From the NCBI RefSeq assembly GCF_043950625.1, contig NZ_CP171007.1: a DNA stretch of 32,000 nt; one strand, given 5' to 3'. Positions 26,292 to 32,000 of the stretch are shown piece after piece (position 1 is the stretch's first letter; each line of letters starts with the position of its first letter). Below the pieces are notes generated by a model, which saw only the letters and a program-made list of their open reading frames with translations, made no database searches and was not told the DNA's origin. The DNA is from Alkanindiges sp. WGS2144 (GTDB lineage Bacteria > Pseudomonadota > Gammaproteobacteria > Pseudomonadales > Moraxellaceae). A program made the position numbers and the translations under genes.

Positions 26292-27590
26292 ATGAAGCTA
26301 CTATCTACCAATACCTGCAAAGTTCCGCACGACTTAAGCCGGGTGACAACATTACATAATGAGTTGCCTGCCGAACTGGGTGGTATGACACCAGCCCAGG
26401 TACAAAAAATATGGCATAGCGTCGAACAGTTTTATAAAACCGGCAACAGTCCCATGGTATCGCTGTGCATTCGCCGCCAGGGGCAAATTATTTTAAACCG
26501 TAGCATTGGTCATGCCCGTGGCAATTCACCGGAAGGCTTGACCACAGAGGCCGTGCTGGCTCAGCCTGATACCCCGGTTTGTCTGTTTTCAGCTTCCAAA
26601 ATTGTGACTGCCATGCTGATTCACCTGCTGGATGAGCAGGGCGTGATTAACTTGCTTGATCCGGTGAGTTACTACATTCCAGAATATGCTGCTAACGGTA
26701 AGCGTCGCGCCACCCTGTTCCATCTGCTGGCACATCGTGGCGGAATACCCCGGATAGACGAAAAAGTGACGCCAGAACTACTGTTTGACCGCCCACAAAT
26801 TTTACGCATGCTGTGTCAGGCAGCACCGGTATCCCCTTCGGGTACACGGCTTGCTTACCATGCAGTCACTGCCGGTTATGTTTTAGGAGAAGTCATTGAG
26901 CGAGTGACCGGACAGGATCTACGCACCTTTTTGCATGAAGTCATTGAAAAGCCTATGGGTATGGAGTGCTTCAATTATGGACTGCGCCCAGAACTGCGTG
27001 ACCAGGTGGCACTTAATTATGCCACCGGGCTGCATCCTAGTCTGGGGACAGACAGCTATCTCAATCATGTGCTGGGCGGTGGACTACAATTGGCGGTTGA
27101 TGTGACCAATGACCCGCGTTTTATGGATACTGTCTGCCCGGCGGGTAATATTTATACCAGTGCTGAACAGGCTGGCCGTTTTTTTGAGATGCTGCTCAAT
27201 GGCGGCAGTTACAATGGCAAGCAAATTTTTACTCCGCAAACGATCTTCAGAGCGACTATTCCCACGTCTGGCATTACTATTGACCGTACCCTGCTGGCTC
27301 CCATGCGCTATGCGCTAGGCCCAATGCTTGGCAGTAATCCGGTCGGCCTGTTTGGCCCCATGACAGGGCAAGCCTTTGGGCACCTGGGCTTTTCGAATAT
27401 TTTCTGCTGGGCTGACCCGGCTCGGGATATCAGTGTATCTTTACTCACCACAGGAAAGTCTGTAGTAGGGACTCACTTACCAGCTTTGGGCAATATACTG
27501 TATCAAATTTCCAGTCAGTGCCCCGGGATTCCCCGTAACCAGCGGCGCTCACTATTTGGTAGTGACAGTAGCGAAACCGATCAGCTATAA
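26292..27590 (+). CDS. Beta-lactamase-fold serine hydrolase (class C / family VIII esterase-like)
   Basis: 432 aa. The S-x-x-K nucleophile motif 'LFSASKIV' sits about 100 aa from the N-terminus, and 'GHLGF' near the C-terminus occupies the usual K/H-x-G position. The substrate is unknown. Confidence 0.75.
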   Translation: MKLLSTNTCKVPHDLSRVTTLHNELPAELGGMTPAQVQKIWHSVEQFYKTGNSPMVSLCIRRQGQIILNRSIGHARGNSPEGLTTEAVLAQPDTPVCLFSASKIVTAMLIHLLDEQGVINLLDPVSYYIPEYAANGKRRATLFHLLAHRGGIPRIDEKVTPELLFDRPQILRMLCQAAPVSPSGTRLAYHAVTAGYVLGEVIERVTGQDLRTFLHEVIEKPMGMECFNYGLRPELRDQVALNYATGLHPSLGTDSYLNHVLGGGLQLAVDVTNDPRFMDTVCPAGNIYTSAEQAGRFFEMLLNGGSYNGKQIFTPQTIFRATIPTSGITIDRTLLAPMRYALGPMLGSNPVGLFGPMTGQAFGHLGFSNIFCWADPARDISVSLLTTGKSVVGTHLPALGNILYQISSQCPGIPRNQRRSLFGSDSSETDQL

Positions 27591-27647
27591 AAGCTTCAAT
27601 GCCTGATTCTATTTTGATGGATGATTTGGCAGATACTGCTCTGCTGG

Positions 27648-28184
27648 CTATTTGGAATCATGTTTGATAAAAAATTCATCAATCACCTGCGCAAAAGCCG
27701 GAATATCGTCCGGCTTGCGACTGGTAATCAGGTTACCATCACATACCACCGGCTCGTCTATATACGTAGCACCTGCATTGTTAATGTCATCCTTTAAGGA
27801 TTCAAAAGCGGTCATTTTTTTGCCTTTAACCACGCCGCTGGAAACCAGCAGCCAGGGTGCATGGCAAATTGCAGCAACCAGCTTATCCGCCTTCAAAAAA
27901 TCTTTAATGAGCTGCTGTGCCTGAGAATTAATGCGTAATTTATCGGCGTTCACTGTTCCACCCGGTAGTACCAGTGCGTCATAATCACTCACATTCATAT
28001 CTTTGAGTAATAAATCAGCCTGAAATTGATCTTTTTTATTGACGTCATGCTCCATGCCCTGCACTGTTTGTTCTTTGGTAGAAATCAGTGTAGTCTCATG
28101 GCCATATTCTTCCAGAATTTCCCGTACCTCAGTAAACTCAACCTGCTCAAAATAGTTGTGCACCACAAATGCCAGTTTCGCCAT
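27648..28184 (-). CDS. DJ-1/PfpI-family protein
   Basis: It has the nucleophile elbow 'VAAICHAPWLL' (Cys-His) and 'ALVLPGG'. The ATG at 28184 follows GGGAGA; the track start at 28205 overlaps that RBS. Confidence 0.85.
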   Translation of the reverse strand: MAKLAFVVHNYFEQVEFTEVREILEEYGHETTLISTKEQTVQGMEHDVNKKDQFQADLLLKDMNVSDYDALVLPGGTVNADKLRINSQAQQLIKDFLKADKLVAAICHAPWLLVSSGVVKGKKMTAFESLKDDINNAGATYIDEPVVCDGNLITSRKPDDIPAFAQVIDEFFIKHDSK

Positions 28185-28368
28185 GTTATTCTCCCTGCTC
28201 TTCAACGTGCTATAGCGCTCCTATACCCTAACAAGTGCCAGGGTAAATTGGCATTGAAGCTTTATTTTAAAATGTTTAATTAGGTAAGTTAGCCAATACG
28301 AATTACAGGCACCGCCAAAAGCGTTTTGGGAACGACGCTGTTTTTATGCGATAGAATTTATAGTTATT

Positions 28369-29251
28369 AGACCTCTTGCGAAAGTAAAAACTGCCTCAAT
28401 ATAGATTTCATGAAATATCAGAAATTAAACCGTTTTTCAGATTCTGAATTCAAGCGCTTGGTTGGTGTACCTCGACCAGTTTTTAGTGAAATGGTCGAAG
28501 TTTTAAAAGAAGCAGAATCACTTAAAAAGAAATCTGGGCGTCCTCATACTTTAGTTATAGAGGATCAATTATTATTAACACTCAATTACTTACGGAATTA
28601 CAGCACTCAATTGGAATTGGCTGCAAATTACCATATCGCTGAAAGTAATGTGAATCGAACCATTAAAAAGGTTGAAGATGCATTAATGAAATCAAGGCGT
28701 TTTACCCTGCCAAAACGAAGCATTACAACAGCAGACGAACAATTTAACTGGGTCATTATTGATGCTACAGAATGTTCAATAGAACGCCCGAAAAAAAAAT
28801 CAGAGTAAGTTCTACAGTGGTAAAAAGAAGAAACATACGCTAAAAGCCCAAGTGATCTATCATCCGAAGAGTAAACAAATCATAGGAGTAGATATATCTT
28901 CTGGCAGTCAGCATGATATTAAATTGGCAAGAAAAACAGTAAAAAAATTCAAACATTTTGAATATGTTATGACCGATTTAGGGTACTATGGGTTAGAGCA
29001 AGATGGCTTTAAATTATTGATGCCAATAAAGAAAAAGAAGAATTTACCCTTATTTGATGTTGAGAAAAAGTACAATAAAATGATTGGAAAAATACGAGTT
29101 GTAATCGAACATATTAACAGTCAATTGAAAAGATTTAGAATACTAAGTGAACGCTATCGAAATCGACGGAAAAGATTCGGTTTACGCATTAACTTAATCG
29201 CTGCACTGGTAAACCGGATGAACTTGCAATAACGACTTTCGCAAGAGGTCT
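28369..29251 (+). mobile_element. 883-bp insertion sequence, IS5 superfamily (small ~0.9-kb subgroup; subgroup not resolvable by eye)
   Basis: It has perfect 17-bp terminal inverted repeats, AGACCTCTTGCGAAAGT (28369-28385) and ACTTTCGCAAGAGGTCT (29235-29251). ATT occurs on both outer flanks (28366-28368 and 29252-29254) and is a candidate 3-bp target duplication. The element is A+T-rich relative to its surroundings. Confidence 0.85.
28410..29232 (+). CDS. IS transposase (HTH plus DDE, Harbinger/DDE_Tnp_4-like) encoded in two frames that meet at an A9 run
   Basis: orfA (28410-28808) ends '...VIIDATECSIERPKKKSE*'. The +1 frame is open from 28783 and reads 'QSKFYSGKKKKHTLKAQV...VMTDLGYYG...VVIEHINSQLKRFRIL', supplying the second D and the E of a DDE triad. 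The A9 run is at 28791-28799, and deleting one A would give a single ORF. Confidence 0.8.
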
Positions 29252-29284
29252 ATTATTTTATCAACTAATTGTTAAGCTTAATTA

Positions 29285-29449
29285 TTAGGGCGTGCCCCTA
29301 TTTGCATCATGTGACTAAAAGTGAGATAAATTGCCAGCAAAACAAGACAAATATCGCAGTCAATAGTGGACTATTGGCATAGTATTTAACGACGTTTTGC
29401 TAGATTTAGCCATTTTTAGTCCATGAAGCTACGTCGTGGTGAAATTAGG
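29285..29449 (+). repeat. Copy B of the ~165-bp non-coding repeat (first copy at 16238-16400)
   Basis: It has the same orientation as copy A. It keeps TTGCAT-N18-ATAAAT and the identical palindrome CAATAGT-GG-ACTATTG (29361-29376). It starts 33 bp after the IS right end, and no same-strand gene lies downstream. Confidence 0.85.
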
Positions 29450-29471
29450 GATACGACCTAAACACTTGAAT

Positions 29472-29505
29472 AAAAAAAGCCTGCCGTTTAAAACAGCAGG
29501 CTTTT
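29472..29505 (-). terminator. Intrinsic terminator of the glycine-zipper lipoprotein gene (usable from both directions)
   Basis: AGCCTGC (29478-29484) pairs with GCAGGCT (29496-29502), with an A7 run on the left and a T4 run on the right. Confidence 0.75.
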
Positions 29506-29522
29506 GGCAAAACAATAAACTA

Positions 29523-29903
29523 TCAACGGCGGTTTTGCTGAGCTTCACTAGCTGCGGCACCAGCGGCACCACCAATTGCCGCACCCACTGCTGCGCCGGT
29601 GGCACCACCCTGTTTTTCACCAATTACAGCACCGACCGCACTCCCTACCGCACCAGCAATACTGGTTTGTGTACTTGCACCAGTTGCGTTAGTACCTAGT
29701 CCAGTACCTGCGGCAGCACCAATCGCACTACCAGTACGGCCACCCGCTTTTTGGCCTACTGCTGCACCCGCTGCGCCTGCCGCCGCAGCAGCGGCGACAC
29801 GGTTTTGGCTAGGCGTTGTTGTCGCACAGGCAGTCATGCCCAGTGCACCCGCTAAAACAGAACTCACAACGAGTACTTTTGTCATTTTAAAATTGAAAGT
29901 CAT
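29523..29903 (-). CDS. Gly/Ala-rich glycine-zipper lipoprotein (17-kDa-antigen / SlyB-Pcp-like)
   Basis: An AAGGAG RBS is followed by 'MTFNFKMTKVLVVSSVLAGALGMTAC' (signal peptide plus lipobox-like Cys). After that come repeated GxxxG/AxxxG zippers ('GAAGAAVGQKAGG', 'GSAVGAVIGEKQGGATGAAVGAAIGGAAGAA'). Confidence 0.75.
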   Translation of the reverse strand: MTFNFKMTKVLVVSSVLAGALGMTACATTTPSQNRVAAAAAAGAAGAAVGQKAGGRTGSAIGAAAGTGLGTNATGASTQTSIAGAVGSAVGAVIGEKQGGATGAAVGAAIGGAAGAAASEAQQNRR

Positions 29904-30158
29904 GGGTTACTCCTTGACTGACCCTATCACGCAACAATGTCCAGCCAGCGGTTCAGCGCCAGGGACAATGCTTAAATACAGAGCCAGTTGTAATAAATGT
30001 TGTGGCTAATAAACTACCCTAAATTTAGTAAAAATTTCGTGGCAGCTTGTAAGATAAATTACTGTTTTTTTGTATATTGCGTAAATTAAAGGTATCTTTG
30101 CAGTTTTTAGTGCTGTTATCCCTGTACCCAACCCCTTTAGCACCTTGTATTGAAGATC

Positions 30159-30968
30159 ATGACTGCCAGTTTGACCAGACAATTTGCCGTGGTAGGCAAC
30201 CCGATTGAACATTCACGCTCACCCGAATTGCATCAGGCTTTTGCCCAGAGCACTGGTATCAATCTGGTTTATAGCAAACGGCTCGCCCCACTAAATGGCT
30301 TTGCAGACAACATTCGGGCATTTTTTGCCAGTGGCGGCACAGGTTTAAATGTGACCGTTCCTTTTAAGGAACAGGCTTATTGCTTGTGTGATGTGCTCAG
30401 TCCACGTGCACAGGCAGCCCGTGCGGTCAATACCCTGTGGCAGCAGGATGGCAAGCTGTATGGTGATAATACTGATGGACAGGGGCTGGTAGATGCACTG
30501 CACGCCCTTGGCTGGAATCTAAAACAGGCCAGAATCCTGATTCTGGGTGCCGGAGGAGCAACCCGTGGTGTCATGCTCCCACTGGCACAGGCTGGCGCCA
30601 GCCATATTGTGATTGCCAACCGTACCCTGAATCGCGCCCAGCAGCTGATTGATGATCTACAGCCTTTAATAACCAATACGCAACTGGACGCCACTGGACT
30701 GGAGCAGCTATCAGGTGAGTTCGATCTGGTGATTAATGCCACTTCTGCCAGCCTAAGTGGTGACGCACTAATTCTGCCAAAAGCACTAATATTTCACCAT
30801 GCCTATGAGATGGCATATGGCAAACCTTCCAGCTTTCTGGAACAGGCTACAGCACGTGGTGTCCCTAACAGTGATGGGTTTAGTATGCTGGTTGGACAGG
30901 CCATTGAGGCCTTCTTTATCTGGAATGGCGTGAAACCGGCTCTTGAAGATTTCCTCAAGCTGCAATAA
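30159..30968 (+). CDS. aroE: Shikimate 5-dehydrogenase
   Basis: 'FAVVGNPIEHSRSPELH...NVTVPFK...NTDGQG...LGAGGATRG' are AroE motifs. I prefer the ATG at 30159 to the track's TTG at 30150. Confidence 0.92.
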   Translation: MTASLTRQFAVVGNPIEHSRSPELHQAFAQSTGINLVYSKRLAPLNGFADNIRAFFASGGTGLNVTVPFKEQAYCLCDVLSPRAQAARAVNTLWQQDGKLYGDNTDGQGLVDALHALGWNLKQARILILGAGGATRGVMLPLAQAGASHIVIANRTLNRAQQLIDDLQPLITNTQLDATGLEQLSGEFDLVINATSASLSGDALILPKALIFHHAYEMAYGKPSSFLEQATARGVPNSDGFSMLVGQAIEAFFIWNGVKPALEDFLKLQ

Positions 30969-30982
30969 TGCGCGTGACTTTC

Positions 30983-31007
30983 AGGGCAAGATGGCCTAAT
31001 TTGCCCT
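30983..31007 (+). terminator. Hairpin 3' of aroE (weak terminator candidate)
   Basis: AGGGCAA (30983-30989) pairs with TTGCCCT (31001-31007). No clear T-run follows. Confidence 0.35.
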
Positions 31008-31111
31008 ATTGACAGTAAAACGCTGGTTAAATATCAATGTTTTTTCTTAATGCCATCTACATAATGCACCATCTTTAATCCGTCTATCGATTATTTTTGT
31101 CAGGATTGACC

Positions 31112-32000
31112 ATGCCTACCTATAAAGCCCCCCTACGTGATGTCCGTTTTTTGATGAATGAAGTACTGGATTATCCAGCGCACTTTAAAACCCTGTCCAA
31201 TGGTGAACTGGCTGATGCCGACACTATTGATATGATTTTGGAAGGCGCGGCTGATCTGTGCGAAAACGTCCTGGCACCGCTTTATCAGTCTGGTGATGCC
31301 GAAGGCTGCCATTACGACAACACTGTAGTGACCACGCCTAAAGGCTACAAAGAAGCCTACGACCAATATGTACAGGGTGGCTGGCAGGGGCTGTCCTATC
31401 CGGAAGAGTTTGGTGGCCAGGGTCTGCCGATGTCCCTAAACCTGATCAAGTCTGAGATGATGGGAACAGCCAACTGGTCATTTACCATGTATCCCGGTCT
31501 AAGCGCTGGCTGCATGAATACCATTTTGCAGTTTGGTACCGACGAGCAAAAAAACACCTATATGCCAAACCTGACACTGGGAACATGGAGCGGCACCATG
31601 TGCTTAACCGAGCCTCAGTGTGGTACAGATTTGGGTCAGGTTAAAACCCGTGCTGAACCACAGGAAGATGGCACCTATAAAATTTCTGGTACCAAGATCT
31701 TTATTTCTGCTGGTGAACACGATTTAACCGAAAATATTATTCATATCGTTCTGGCACGCCTGCCGGATGCACCCAAAGGCACCAGAGGCATTTCATTGTT
31801 TATCGTGCCTAAATTTCTGGTCAATGCAGATGGTAGCGTTGGCGAGCGCAACCCGGTATTTTGTGGTTCGCTTGAACACAAAATGGGCATTCATGCCAAT
31901 GCCACTGCAGTGCTGAACTTTGACGGCGCAACCGGTTACTTAATTGGCGAACCGCACAAAGGCCTGCACGCCATGTTCACTTTCATGAACACAGCACGCA
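31112..32000 (+). CDS. Acyl-CoA dehydrogenase (long FadE-type), N-terminal ~296 codons; continues past the window end
   Basis: It is absent from the ORF track because no stop is reached. My own translation from ATG 31112 gives 'MPTYKAPLRDVRFLMNEVLDY...GGWQGLSYPEEFGGQGLP...MCLTEPQCGTDLG...GTKIFISAGEHD...GISLFIVPK', which are typical ACAD N-terminal and middle-domain motifs. Confidence 0.85.
   Translation, partial: MPTYKAPLRDVRFLMNEVLDYPAHFKTLSNGELADADTIDMILEGAADLCENVLAPLYQSGDAEGCHYDNTVVTTPKGYKEAYDQYVQGGWQGLSYPEEFGGQGLPMSLNLIKSEMMGTANWSFTMYPGLSAGCMNTILQFGTDEQKNTYMPNLTLGTWSGTMCLTEPQCGTDLGQVKTRAEPQEDGTYKISGTKIFISAGEHDLTENIIHIVLARLPDAPKGTRGISLFIVPKFLVNADGSVGERNPVFCGSLEHKMGIHANATAVLNFDGATGYLIGEPHKGLHAMFTFMNTAR

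Noticed and set aside
28278-28292. 'AATTAGG-TAAGTTAG' upstream of the IS, which looks like the repeat's right end fused to its left end, as an empty site or junction would.
   Set aside because: These are only 7-8-nt matches, and several such matches are expected by chance in 32 kb of A+T-rich DNA. There is no further similarity on either side.
29599-30009. A 136-aa Pro/Ala-rich plus-strand ORF overlapping the glycine-zipper gene.
   Set aside because: It is an antisense artefact of GC-rich Gly/Ala codons. Only the minus-strand ORF has an AAGGAG RBS, a signal peptide with lipobox, and a terminator.
31133-31366. A 77-aa minus-strand ORF at the start of the last gene.
   Set aside because: It is antisense to a clearly recognisable acyl-CoA dehydrogenase reading frame that runs off the window end and is therefore missing from the ORF track.

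Overview
This looks like a chromosomal window from an Acinetobacter-like Moraxellaceae gammaproteobacterium. That is inferred from the protein sequences and from the lif / rplS-trmD-rimM-rpsP / com-pil synteny. Most of it is housekeeping: rpsP-rimM-trmD-rplS, ispH, gmk, prlC-yheV, pnp-rpsO, aroE and a partial acyl-CoA dehydrogenase.

Between rpsP and ispH sits a complete type IV pilus minor-pilin/adhesin operon, all on the minus strand and tightly coupled: fimU-pilV-pilW-pilX-pilY1 plus two PilE-like pilins. It is visibly more A+T-rich than its flanks. Its 1362-aa PilY1 carries a roughly 190-residue Ser/Thr/Trp/Cys-rich insertion inside the vWA domain.

Accessory or unusual items:
- A 372-aa ORF next to pnp-rpsO with an aeRF1/Pelota-like three-block layout and no GGQ or NIKS motif. 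It is a candidate Balon-type ribosome hibernation factor.
- A non-coding element of about 165 bp present twice in direct orientation (16238-16400 and 29285-29449, roughly 90% identical by eye). It has promoter-like hexamers and a perfect 7-2-7 palindrome. The second copy lies 33 bp from an IS.
- An 883-bp IS5-superfamily IS whose transposase is split at an A9 run.
- A Uma2-family endonuclease gene broken by a single in-frame TAA.
- A 739-aa DctM/TRAP-like permease with no binding-protein gene nearby. Its neighbours are a rhombosortase and a lipoprotein with a polyacidic tail.

I saw no rRNA, tRNA or CRISPR array. All calls come from reading the sequence and ORF translations by eye; no searches were run.
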